Assembly: GCA_963514005.1 (NCBI GenBank)
Contig: OY740793.1
Span: 44,578,001 to 44,642,000 of the forward strand
DNA: 64,000 bases
Direction of reading: 5' to 3'
Source of the DNA: Raja brachyura
Lineage: Eukaryota
Shown: positions 1-12,170 of the stretch, in pieces
How positions within the stretch are numbered: position 1 is the stretch's first letter
How the letters are laid out: each line of letters begins with the position of its first letter
The notes under the pieces: model-generated
What the model saw: the letters and a program-made list of their open reading frames with translations, nothing else
The model's database searches: none
Told to the model about the DNA's origin: nothing
Translations under genes and position numbers: made by a program

Positions 1-253
1 CCATAGCCCTCGTGACAGCTTAAGCTGTGAAGTCAGATGCTGCACAGCCAATCTATCAGGACTCTGCACCATCGGAACAGCTGTCACCTCAGGAGTAATG
101 AAAACTCTACCTCCTGCCAAGTCATTCCCCAAAATCACAGAAACTCCCGCAACGGGAAAACACGGCCGTAACCCACCAATTACCCGTCCTGAAACCAACT
201 CTGACTCGAGACTCACGGTATGCAAAGGCACTACCATGTCCTCCAACCCGAAT
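1..253 (-). mobile_element. Gypsy LTR retrotransposon, internal region downstream of the protease active site; continues beyond the window edge
   Basis: The minus strand reads FGLEDMVVPLHTVSLESELVSGRVIGGLRPCFPVAGVSVILGNDLAGGRVF and, after a frameshift, AVTRAM. It joins in frame to ...VPVVG at 3570 once the Rex1 insertion is removed. Confidence 0.85.
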
Positions 254-3200
254 TTGTTAATTTGTTAAGATGGCGCCTGCCTGCGGCGACTTTTGCGGAG
301 CACCAGAACAGAAAAGATTTAACTACAACTTCTATCAACTTACCTGCATCAGGGAAACGGCAGTAATCGGTGCCGTTTCTGACAGGCTGCTTGTGCAGCT
401 GAAAGCGCTGGAAATTTTGCAATCTCCTGCAGCTGCGGGAGCACCGGACTTTAAACTTTCCCACACTGGCTGTGAAATTCCCGACCCGACTGAAGAACCC
501 AGGTACGGCACCTGGAAACCCTGGGATGACCTCCAGAGCCGACAAGCTGGATATCCCAGAAGAAATGAAGCTGGAGCTGCTGATTCTGAGGGAACCCCTG
601 TTCGTTACGGAGCTGGAGCTGCCGTCTGTGAGGGAATTCCCGTTCCAGCGAAGGTCCGCAGAAACAGCAGGTACAGGAAACAGTACCTGGAAACAAAGGG
701 GAAGCCTCCATTGTGTCCGGAAATGTGGTCGATGGGCAGGACTTCAGGTCAGAATGAAGCGCAGAGGACTTCGGCCCCCTCTCCCTACTATCCTACTGGC
801 CAATGTACAGTGCCTTGAAAATAAATTGGAGGACTTAAGGGCAAGGCTGCTTTATCAAAGGGAGCTGAGGGAATGCTCTGTGTTCTGTTTCACAGAGACA
901 TGGCTCACCCCCAGCTCCCCAGACTCAGCAGGCCAGCCTGAAGGCTTCTCCATCCACCGCATGGACCGTACACTGGCATCGGGGAAAGGGAGAAGAGGGG
1001 GTGTCTGCCTCATGGTCAACTCTGCGTGGTGCTCAGACGTGGTAGTCCTGTCCAACTCCTGCTCTCCACACTTCGAACATCTGGCGGTGAAGTGCCGTCC
1101 CTTCTACCTACCGAGGGAATTCACCTCCATTATCCTGACCGCGGTCTACATCCCACCCCAGGCAGATGTCCGTCTGGCACTGGAGGAGCTGCACGCCGTG
1201 GTCAACAAACACCAGACGTCTTACCCCGAGGCATTTACCACCATTGCTGGGGACTTCAATAAGGCAAACCTAAAGAAATCACTCCCCAGCTTCCACCAAC
1301 ATGTCTCCTGCTGCACCAGAGGACCAAACACCCTCGACCACTGCTACACCACCATCAAGGATGCCTACTGCTCTATCCCTCGCCCCCACTTCGGTAAATC
1401 CTACCATACCGCGGTGCTGCTTCTTCCTGCCTACAGGCAGCAATTAAAGAGTGCACCCCCAGAGGTGAGGACAGTACAGAGCTGGTCGGCGGGGGCAGAA
1501 GAACAACTACAAGACTGTTTGGAGTCTTGTAGACTGGGCTATGTTCAAGGACTTGGCAACGGACTTGAATGAATATGCCACTGTCGTTACAGACTTCATA
1601 AAGAAATGTGTGGAGGACTGCATCCCTACAAAAACCTTCCGAGTGTTTCCCAATCAGAAACCTTGGATGAACTGTGAGATCCGCACTCTTCTGAAGACCA
1701 GACACCGGGCATTCATGTCTGATGACACAGTGGTCTATAAGAAGTCCAGATACGACCTTGGTAAGGCCATCAAAAAGGCCAAAAGGGAGTTCTGCTCCAA
1801 GCTGGAGGATGAGACAGATGTTCGGCAGCTGTGGCGGGGACTGAATGCAATCACCTTTTACAAGGCAAAACCAGGAGGCAGCTCGGATGTCGGCGATACA
1901 TCACTCCCTGATGAGCTCAATGCATTTTACGCACGCTTTGATAGTGAGAACACCGATGTGCCTTCCGAGCCCCTATTCGCTGTGATGGTATTTCAGTCTC
2001 ATTCACAGAGGCCGACGTCAGGAAATCCTTCAGAGGGGTGAATCGTCGAAAAGCATCTGGACCTGATGGCATACCTAGTCGTGTCCAAAAAACTGTGTGG
2101 ACCAACTGGCTGGAGTTATTACGGACATTTACAACCTGTTACTTCTGAGGTCTGAGGTTCCCACCTGCTTCAAAAGGGCATCAATAATACCGGTGCCCAA
2201 GAAGAGCAAGGTGATGTGCCTCAATGACTATCGACCTGTGGCACTAACGCCTGTGGTGATGAAGTGCTTCGAGAGGTTGATCATGGCGCAAATCAACTCC
2301 TCCCTCAACAAAAACCTGGTCCCACTGCAGTTCGCTTACCGCCACAACAGAGCAACGGTGGACGTGATCTCGCTAGCCCTCCACTCCGCTCTGGATCACT
2401 TGGACAACAAAAACTCATATGTCAGGCTGTTATTTATCGATTACAGCTCGGCATTTAACACAATCATCCCCTCCAAGCTGGTTAACAAACTCGCAGAACT
2501 GGGTCTCTGCGCATCTCTCTGCAATTGGATCCTCGACTTCCTCATCCACAGACCACAGTCTGTTCGTATTGGTGGAAATGTGTCAGACTCGATAACAATC
2601 AGCACGGGAGCACCTCAGGGTTGCGTGCTCAGCCCCCTGCTGTACTCACTCTATACTCCTGACTGCGTAGCCGGTCATAGCGTGAACTCCATCATCAAGT
2701 TCGCTGACGACACCACTGTTGTGGACGGATCACTGATGGGGATGAGTCGGAGTATAGAAGAGAGATCGAGCGACTGTCCATATGGTGCCAGCACAACAAC
2801 CTGGCCCTCAGCACCAGCTAAACCAAGGAACTGATTGTGGACTTTGGAAGGAGTAGGATGGGGACCCACAGTCCTGTTTACATCAACGGGTCGATGGTTG
2901 AAATGGTCAAGAGCTTCAAATTCCTGGGCGTGCACATCTGTGAAGATCTTTCCTGGTCCGAGAACACAGATGCAATTATTAAGAAAGCTCATCAGCGCCT
3001 CTACTTCCTGAGAAGATTACGGAAAGTTGGTCTGTCAAGGAGGTCTCTCTCTAACTTCTACAGGTGTACATTAGAGAGCTTGCTGACTAGTTGCATTGTG
3101 GCTTGGTTCGGCAACATGAGCGCCCTGGAGAGGAAAAGGCTCCAAAAAGTAGTAAACACTGCCCAGTCCATCATTGGCTCTGACCTTTCTTCCATCGAGG

Positions 3201-3567
3201 GGATTTATCACAGTCGCTGCCTCAAAAAGGCTGGCAGCATCATCAAGGACTCACACCACCCTGGCCACACACTAATCTCCCTGCTACCTTTGGGTAGAAG
3301 GTACAGGAGCCTGAAGACTGCAACAACCCGGTTTAAGAATAGCTACTTCCCCACAGCCATCAGGCTATTAAACCTGGCTCGGAACTCTGAACATTAATAT
3401 CCCTCCATCTGTTATTTGCACTTTATTAATTTATTAAGTCATGGGTGTATTTATGTATAGAATTGTAGTCAATGCCTTCTATGTTCTGTTGTGCTATGCA
3501 AAGAAAGATTTTCATTGTCCTGTCAGGGACACATGACAATAAACTCTTTTGACTCTTTTTGACTTTA
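254..3567 (+). mobile_element. Rex1/Babar-clade LINE, apparently full length, inactivated by frameshifts and a stop
   Basis: 5' AAGATGGCG (YY1-like) at 267-275. APE endonuclease ORF 472-1572 (FTETW, GDFN, LDHCY). RT pieces at 1541-2041, 2097-2834 ([21 protein letters not shown]) and 2837-3397. The 3' tail is AATAAA followed by TTGACT-like repeats. AAT is duplicated at 251-253 and 3568-3570. Confidence 0.92.
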
Positions 3568-5109
3568 AATCCTACCACAGGGACACTGGACCCAACTGAT
3601 GACTCCCCAGAAAACGGCAGTACACTATCCAATATAAAGGACTGAGTAGCACCAGTATCACGCAAGATGGATACTGGAACTCTATGACCCCCATCCTCTA
3701 GAGAAACAAAACCTTTTGTGATAAATGCAGAATAATTCCTACACTCATCGGACGCAGGCATCACAGGAACCACAGGTGCTTTTTGTGTACCCACCAAAGC
3801 CACAGGCTTTGCATTTTTCTTGTGCAGGACGGGACACGACTTTAAGATGTGCCTGCTCCCTTTACAATAGTAGCACACAGGACCTTCCTTAGTCTTGAAA
3901 TCTCCATCAACCTTATCAGCTCGGACCTCCCCCTGTATCAATGTGCTGACACTGAAACAGCTTTGACACTGCCACCGGCGACACCACCGTGATTAAACAG
4001 CCATGCACCAAAACTATAGGATCGCCCAACAAACTCAGTTTTATGAGTCAATACATACTCATCTGCTAACACCGCAGTGTTAGACACCTCCATCACCTTC
4101 TGCTCATTAAGGTAAGTAGCAACCCTCTCAGGGAGACAGTTCTTAAAGTCTTCCATAATCATCAAGGCCCACAGCAGCTTAAAATCCTTCACTCCTTGAG
4201 AAGCGCACCACCTGTCAAAAAGTGCCTCCTTCTCTCAAGCAAACTCCACATAAGTCTGACTATCAAACTTCCTAAAGCGCTGGAACTTCTGCCGGTACGC
4301 CTCTGGAACTAATTCATAAGCCCTTAATACCGTAGACTTCACACACTCATAGTCCCGACTGCTGTCAACAGATAAAGACAAGCACACCTCCCGTGCTTTA
4401 CCCACAAGGACACACTGCAATAGCAAGGACCACATGTCCCTAGACCACTTCAAGGACGAAGCCACCCATTCAAACACTGCAAAATACTTGTCCACATCCT
4501 TCTCTTTAAATGGGGGAACCAGGTGGATGTTCTTGCTCATATCAAACTCCCTTTCCCCAGAAGAAACTCGGGAGGCATTCAATTCCTTCTCCCGCAGCTC
4601 GAGGTCTCATCTCAAGCATGAGCTCTTTCTCTCTTAAGGCCCTCTCCTCCTTTTTCATTTCAAGCTCCCCTTTCTCATTTCAAGCTCTAACTCCCTCAAT
4701 CGAATGAGGTCCTCCATTTCCTGACCCGGCTGTGTAGAAGATAGAGGACTGTCTGCAACAGCAGGCAATACCCCGCTCCTCATCAACGCAGACCATAACA
4801 CCGACTTTATAGATTCTTTCTTCAAATGCTTATCAATGGGCACCTTATAGCTCTCTGCCAGCACAAACAAATGCTCCTTCGTACATTTGTCAAACAACTC
4901 CCGACTAGGAGCCTCAGTAAAGTCCTCCACTTTAAACTCTATATCAAATGTAGGACCAAACCACCAGCCATACCCTGGGCACAAATGTTACCACAAACGG
5001 AAGAAGAAAAAAATCCCCTCACAACACAGACTTCCTCAGTCACCAGAAGCCTACCAAAAAAACACCAAAACTGTCTAGGGTCCTCAATGCTTAGGACGAG
5101 CCCGCATTT
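3568..5109 (-). mobile_element. Gypsy (SCAN/Gmr1-like) gag-protease region, degenerate
   Basis: Gag fragments in ORFs 4655-4984, 4235-4582 and 3938-4192 (LVPPFKEKDVDKYF, VLRAYELVPEAYRQKF). ORF 3426-3941 contains the zinc knuckle CYYCKGSRHILKSC and the protease motif LRDTGA. Confidence 0.9.
5093..5106 (-). promoter_or_regulatory. Primer binding site of the Gypsy element, tRNA-Pro type
   Basis: Minus strand TGCGGGCTCGTCC lies 3 nt after the LTR end ...CGTAACA and resembles PBS-Pro TGGGGGCTCGTCCGGGAT. Confidence 0.75.
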
Positions 5110-5663
5110 TGTTACGACTCCCGAATGCAGGTACTTCAGAGTTGCGTAACATAGTCAAACACCAGGTTCAAGTTCAAGAAAATATTGTTTAATTTAGTTA
5201 AGAGAAGACAAAAACCCAAACCTGATTTAAACAACAGTCAGGGACAAGAATAGACTAACAAACAAATATAACAGTGCTCCAGCCAGCCTCGCAATGGACC
5301 GTTGAACTAGAGTCTCTAACCTGCCTAAATGGAGATAACCCTGAAACAAAATACACGAAAACCCTCTGGTCAACCCTTATCCATCCCAATTCAATATTAA
5401 ATGACAATTTTAGGTAACAATACGCAAAGTTCTATGCCATGTGGCCAGGCCTCCTGCAGCTCACACCAGCAGCCTGTTCACTAGTCAGGGTCGATGAAGA
5501 AGAGAGAGAGAGTTCTGGGAGCCTCCTGGTATTTAAGCTTCCGATGAGTCACCCGTCACCTGATGCAGCTTGGCCAATCAGGTACAAGAGCCCTAAACCC
5601 CTTGATTCCTGACTCCCAGCCATGGGGCCTGCACTCAGGAGAGAAACAGAAAAGGTAACTACA
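5110..5663 (-). mobile_element. 5' LTR of the Gypsy element
   Basis: TGT...ACA termini, CCAAT-like site (~5574), TATA-like CTTAAATA (~5530), ATTAAA (~5188-5193 on -), adjacent PBS. The outer boundary is less certain. Confidence 0.7.
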
Positions 5664-5696
5664 TAGCATTCACAGGGGGGGGGGGGAAGCGCCTAA

Positions 5697-8600
5697 CAAG
5701 GGGAAAAGAGTAGCAAAGTCAAATGTGGGTCCCTTGAAGGCAGACACGGTTGAAATAATTATGGGCAACAAGGAAATGGCAGAAGAGTTGAATAGGTACT
5801 TTGGATCTGTCTTCACTAAGGAGGACACAAACAATCTCCCAGATGTACTGGAGGACAGAAGATCTAAGGGGGTAGAGGAACTGAAAGAAATTTTCATTAG
5901 GTGAGAAATAGGATTGGGTAAGAATGGGACTGAAGGATGATAAATCCCCTGGGCTTGATGGTCTGCATCCCAGGGTCCTCAGGGAGGTGGCTCTGGAAAT
6001 AGTGGACGTATTGGTGATCATTTTCCAATGTTCAATAGATTCAGGATCAGTTCCTGTGAATTGGAGGATAGCTAATGTTATTCCACTTTCCAAGAAAGGA
6101 GCGAGAGAGAAAACGGGGAATTACAGACCAGTTCGCCTATTTTCGGTGGTGGTAAAGATGCTGGAGTCAATTATTAAAGAGGTAATAATGGAGCATTTGG
6201 ATAGCAGTAAAAGGATTCGTCCAAGTCAACATGGATCATGCTTGACTAATCTTCTGGAATTTTTTTGAGGATGTGACAAGTAAAATGGATGAAGGGGTGC
6301 CAGTGGATGTAGTGTATCGAGACTTTCAGGAAGCCTTTGATAAGGTCCCGCATGCGAGAATGGTGACTAAAATTAGAGCACATGGTATTGGGGGTAGGGT
6401 GTTGACATGGATAGAAAATTGGTTAGCAGACCGGAAGCAAAGAGTAGGAGTGAACGGGTCCTTTTCAGAATGGCAGGCAGTGGCGAGTGGAGTGCCACAA
6501 GGCTCTGTGTTGGGGGACTGCAACTGTTTACCATATATATAAATGATTTGGAAGAGGGAATTAGGAGCAACACGAGCAAGTGTGCAGTTGACACTAAGCT
6601 GGGTGGCAGTGTGAACTGTGAAGAGGATGTTAGGGAAGCAGAAGCGCGGCACTCGCGGGGGGCTAACGGCGAAACTGAAGGCTAACCCCTGCAGGACACC
6701 ACTTCCATCTATTCTGCTCGCCAACGTCCGCTCCCTGGAGAATAAGCTGGACTACCTGAGGCTGGACCTGGTAACCAAACGGGAGGTGAGGGATTGCTGC
6801 GCCCTGATTCTAACAGAGACGTGGTTAAACTCCTCTGTTCCCGACGGCGCCATTAGCGTGGAGGGGTTAACAGCATTCAGGTTGGACAGAAGCTACGCTC
6901 TCAGTGGGAAATCCCGGGGTGGTGGTGTGTGCATTTACACTAATAACAGCTGTTGTAAAAATGCCACAGTGGTGTCAAACTATTGCTCCCCAGACATTGA
7001 GTTTTTGACAATAAAATGCAGACCCTTCTATATGCCCAGGGAATTCACCATTATAACCATCACAGCCATGTACATCCCACCCAGTGCAAACACTAAGGAG
7101 GCCCTGAATGCTCTTTATTGTTCCATTAGTGACCTACAATCTACACATCCAGATGGTGTCTTCATTGTTGCTGGGGATTTTAACCAGGCCAACATGAAGA
7201 CTGTTCTCCCACATTACTACCAGCATGTAGACTTTGCAACCAGGGGAATCAATACACTGGACCTAGCCTACACTAACATCAAGAAGGCATTCAAGGCAGT
7301 CCCCCGCCCCCACCTTGGCTCATCAGACCATATCTCTGTGATGCTAATTCCTGCATACAGGCCCCTGCTGACCCGAGAAAAACCTACTGTGAAGCAGGTT
7401 AGGGTCTGGCCAGAGGGAGCTATGGCAACACTACAGGACTGTTTTGAATGCACGGACTGGGACATGTTCAAGAAGGCTGCAACTGTCAGCCAACACATCA
7501 ACCTGGAGGAGTATGCTGCGTCCGTGTCTGCTTACATGGAGAAGTGCATTGAGGATGTCTGTGTCACCAAGACCATCACTGTACGGGCCAACCAGAAACC
7601 CTGGGATGACCACAGAGGTACGTGGAATGCTGAGAGCATGTAATGCCACGTTTAAATCCGGCGACGTGGTGGCACTCAGATCCGTAAGAGCCAACCTGAA
7701 CCGAGTCGTCAGGCTGGCCAAGCGTGCCCATGGTCAGAAAATCCAGAGCTTCTTCCATGACCCCAAGAACACCAGGCACATGTGGCAGGGAATCAAATCA
7801 ATCACGGACTATAAGACTGCTTCACCACCCTGTGATGACAACATTGAGTTCCTCAATGAACTCAACAACTATTTTGGTCGAGGCATTAAATAACACACCT
7901 GCAAGCAAAGGTATTCCTCATTGTGAGGAAAAGGCACTCAGTCTTGACATAGTGGATGTTCGGAGGACCCTAAAAGGAGTGAACGCGTGAAAGGCGGCAG
8001 GCCCTGATAACATACCAGGGCGGGTGCTCAGGGAATGTGCTGATCAGCTGGCGCATGTCCTTACGGACATATTTAACACCTCGCTGAACCAGGCTGTCGT
8101 CCCATTATGTTTCAAGACTGCCACCATCATACCTGTGCCAAAAAAATCCAACATACAATGTCTCAATGACTACCGCCCTGTAGCACTCACCCCCATAATG
8201 ATGAAGTGCTTCGAGAGGCTGGTCAGGGACCACATCACCTCCAGACTCCCCTCCACACTCGACCCATACCAGTTTGCTTACAGGCCAAACCGCTCCACAG
8301 AGGACGCTATATCCTCCGTGCTCCATCTGAGCCTGGAACATTTAGAGGAGAAAAAAACCTATGTGCGAATGCTGTTCGTGGATTTCAGTTCAGCATTCAA
8401 CACCATTATCCCACAGCACCTGATAAGCAAACTGGTTCCATTGGGCCTCGGCACCCCCATGTGTAACTGGCTACTGGACTTCCTCACTGACAGACCTCAG
8501 TCTGTGAGGGTTGGAAATAATACCTCCAATACCATCTCTCTGAGCACCGGCTCCCCTCAGGGCTGTGTACTGAGTCCACTGCTGTTCACCCTGATGACTC

Positions 8601-10339
8601 ACGACTGTTGTGCCAGGTTTAGTACAAACCACATCATGAAGTACACAGATGACACAACAGTGGTGGGCCTCATCAGGGACGACAATGAGCTGGCTTACAG
8701 GGAGGAGGTGAAACAACTGGCGGACTGGTGCAATACGAACAACCTGATCCTGAATGTCGAGAAAACAAAGGAGGTTATCGTCAACTTCAGGAAAACCCGG
8801 CACAGTCCCACACCACTTCACATCAACGACAGCGATGTGGAGGTGGTCAGTAGCACAAAGTTCCTGGGGGTGCAGATCACTAACAGTCTGACCTGGTCGA
8901 ATAACATCTCATCAACTGTTAAGAGAGCGCAGCAGCAGTTGCACTTTCTGCGCCGGATGAGAAGAGCTCATCTCCCCCATCCCATCCTCACTACTTTCTA
9001 CAGGGGCACCATAGAGAGTATTCTGACCAGCTGTATCTCTGTCTGGTTTGGGGACTGTAGAGCCTCCGACTGGAAGTCTGTGCAGAGAGTGGTGAGGACA
9101 GCGGAAATAATCATCGGGACCTCTCTCCCCCCAATCGGGGATATTGCGACCAAACGCTGTGTGTTTAAGGCCAGCAGTATTATAAAGGACCCCACACATC
9201 TCCATCACGGACTGTTCACTCTGCTGCCCTCGGGAAAAAGATACCGCAGCATAAGGAGCAGAACATCAAGGTTCCGCAACAGCTTCTTCCCACGAGCCAT
9301 CAGACTCCTGAATGCCATGTAATGGGCTGCCACCATTGTCTATTTATCCTTTTCATCCATGCCTATCCTTCGGTTAATTTATTGTGTTGCACAGGGAGCC
9401 AAATGCAACGTAATTTCGTTTGGAACTGCATATATCAATGTATTTCTAAATGACAATAAAGTTTGTTTGACTTTTTTTTACTTTGAGGAGGTTGCAGGGG
9501 GACCTGGACAGGTTGAGTGAGTGGGCAGTGTAATATAGATAAATATGAGGTTATCCACTTTGGCGGCAAAAACAAGGGGGCAGATTATTATCCCATTGGG
9601 GTTAGGTTAGGTAAGAGGGAGGTACAGCGAGACCTGGGTGTCCTTGTACACCAGTCTCTGAAAGTTGGCATGCAGGTACAGCAGGCAGTGAAGAAAGCTA
9701 TTGAAACGTTGGCCTTCATAACAAGAGGATTTCAGTACAGGAGTAAAGAGGTTCTTCTGCAGTTGTATAGGGCTCTGGTGAGACCACATCTGGAGTATTG
9801 TGTACAGTTTTGGTCTCCTAATTTGAGGAAGGACATCCTTGTGATTGCAGTGCAGTGTAGGTTCACGAGATTGATCCCTGGGATGGCGGGACTGTCATAT
9901 GAGGAAAGATTGAAAAGACTAAGCTTGCATTCACTGGAGTTTAGAAGGATGAGGGGGATCTTATAGAAACATATAAAATTATAAAAGGACTGGACAAGCT
10001 AAATGCAGGAAAAATGTTCCCAATGTTGGGTGAGTCCAGAACCAGGGCCCACAGTCTTAGAATAAAGGGGAGGTCATTTAAGACTGAGGTCAGAAAAAAC
10101 TTTACCCAGATAGTTGTGAATTTATGGAATTCCCTGCCACATAGGGCAGTGGAGGCCAAATCACTGGATGGATTTAATAGAGAGTTGGATAGAGTTCTAA
10201 GGGCTAGTGGAGTCTTGTATGGGGAGAAGGCAGGCACGGGTTATTGATAGCGGATGATCAGCCATGATCACAATGAATGGAGGTGCTGGCTCAAAGGGCC
10301 GAATGGCCTCCTCCTGCACCTATTTTCTATGTTTCTATA
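5697..10339 (+). mobile_element. CR1 LINE (RT to 3' tail), split by a Rex1 insertion at 6635-9485
   Basis: CR1 RT motifs [51 protein letters not shown], and the 3' tail TTCTATGTTTCTAT. The halves 5697-6634 and 9486-10339 rejoin as GATGTTAGGAGGTTGCAGG. Confidence 0.9.
6635..9485 (+). mobile_element. Rex1/Babar-clade LINE, second subfamily, 5'-truncated, nested in CR1
   Basis: APE ORF 6618-7643 (LTETW, GDFN, SDH) and RT ORF 8024-9322 ([21 protein letters not shown]). The tail is ACAATAAA...TTTGA. AGG is duplicated at 6632-6634 and 9486-9488. Confidence 0.92.
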
Positions 10340-10469
10340 TAAGGAATTCATAACTAGTCAGTGTAAAAACAAATTGACAAAGAATTCATAACTCGTCAGT
10401 GTAAAAACAAATTGCACACTAATTATTTAAGCTAATTAGAAAAAGTAACAGCGCCCTCATGCTCAATAA

Positions 10470-11910
10470 TCTATATTACTAAAAGTCTGATCTTGACCAC
10501 TTCTTGTTGTTCTGTATATTGATTTTTTTTTAAAACGCTGTCACTTACGGCTGTGATTTTTGGCCACCTTACTCACAGTCCCCCTCCGCTGCACAGGACA
10601 AGAGGATTTTTCCCATTGATGAAAAATAAAAGAGTTATTAGTGTTTAAAATATGTTGAGATTCTCTCTCCTGAAGGCCACACCCCTTCCGGAGGGACTAT
10701 AAAACCCAGAAGTGTTGAGTGCCTCAGTCAGTCTCTGCAAGATGGGCGAGCGAGAGGGTCATGACTCTCAGTCTGAGCTGTGAATAATACTGAACACATA
10801 TCTACTAACTGTGAGAGTTTTTGCTGTCCATTTAGTGCCCTTAATGTGGTTTGAAAATATAGTTTGGAAATGCCACAGCTTTGTTGCCTTTGGTTTGGAA
10901 ATGCTAAACCTGGGTGTCCTTGTACACCAGTCACTGAAAGTTGGCATGCAGGCACAGCAGGCAGTGAAGAAAGCTATTGAAATGTTGGCCTTCATAACAA
11001 GAGGATTTCAGTACAGGAGTAAAGAGGTTCTTCTGCAGTTGTATAGGGCTCTGGTGAGACCACATCTGGAGTATTGTGTACAGTTTTGGTCTCCTAATTT
11101 GAGGAAGGACATCCTTGTGATTGCAGTGCAGTGTAGGTTCACGAGATTGATCCCTGGGATGGCGGGGCTGTCATATGAGGAAAGATTGAAAAGACTAAGC
11201 TTGCATTCACTGGAGTTTAGAAGGATGAGGGGGATCTTATAGAAACATATAAAATTATAAAAGGACTGGACAAGCTAGATACAGGAAAAATGTTCCCAAT
11301 GTTGGGTGAGTCCAGAACCAGGGTCCACAGTCTTAGAATAAAGGGGAGGTCATTTAAGACTGAGGTCAGAAAAAACTTTACCTAGATAGTTGCCTTTCCT
11401 AATTAAAGTTGCCTTGCCTAATTAAAGTTGCCTTGCATAATTAAAGTTGCCTTGCCTTCTATATAATTCAAAGTCTAATCTTGACCACTTCCTGTTTGTG
11501 CTTTATATTAATTTTAGAAAAAATGCTACCACGTACGGCTGTGATTTTTGGCCATCTTACTCAGAGTCCCCCTCTGCTCATCAGGGGCTGAGGATTTTTC
11601 CCATTGATGAGAAATAAAATAGTTATCAGTATTTTAAAAATGTTGAAATTCTCTCTCCTGTCAATCACGCCATGAAGGCCACAGCCCTTCTGGTAGGAGG
11701 GAGGAAGGACTATAAAACCCAGAAGTGTGGGCTCGGCTCAGCCTCTGAAAGTTGGAGGAGGGAGAGGTCATGACTCGCTGTCTTTAGTGGCCATACCCCC
11801 CCCCCCCCCCACTGGCGGCCAATATTGGAATTGGTGGAGAGGTGGAATATTGCATTGGGGACCAGCAGTCCCGTGTGATGCTGGGACCCAACGGGTTCCA
11901 CTTAGTCTAG
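10470..11910 (+). mobile_element. Non-autonomous Helitron carrying a CR1 fragment
   Basis: Inserted between A and T. Starts TCTATATTACTAAAA and ends with the hairpin TGGGACCCAACGGGTTCCA followed by CTAG. Contains an AATTAAAGTTGCCTTGC minisatellite (~11390-11460) and a second copy of its own 5' module (~11458-11780). Confidence 0.8.
10908..11392 (+). mobile_element. CR1 fragment inside the Helitron, a near-identical copy of 9632-10116
   Basis: Direct alignment by eye. ORF 10811-11242 ends with almost the same peptide as ORF 9517-9966. Confidence 0.9.
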
Positions 11911-12170
11911 TATATAGCTGTATAGTACTCTATGGAGAGCTGGATTCCATTCGAGTGTTCAGTGGTAGCGTCGAGACTCAAATGGGAACATTGAATATGG
12001 GACTGCCGCAGAGGACCGGGGTTTCACCTGCACCTGCCTAATTAATGGGTGAGGGCAGATCCTGTGCGTCCCCCCGTTTATTGAACCCCACTGACTGCCG
12101 ATGAGCAGAGTGGTGGTCATGGCCATGGTGGGACTGGGGCAGTGCCACGCTGGGGGACAGACCTATAAGG

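Noticed and set aside
472-3397. Rex1 as an active element using programmed frameshifting
   Set aside because: Comparison with the sister copy at 18515-20186 shows that the breaks near 1965 and 2725 and the stop at ~2819 are copy-specific mutations.
10341-11460. Short direct repeats (a 40-bp pair and 19-bp units) as a CRISPR-like array
   Set aside because: Vertebrate DNA, no unique spacers and no cas genes. These are a tandem duplication and a Helitron minisatellite.
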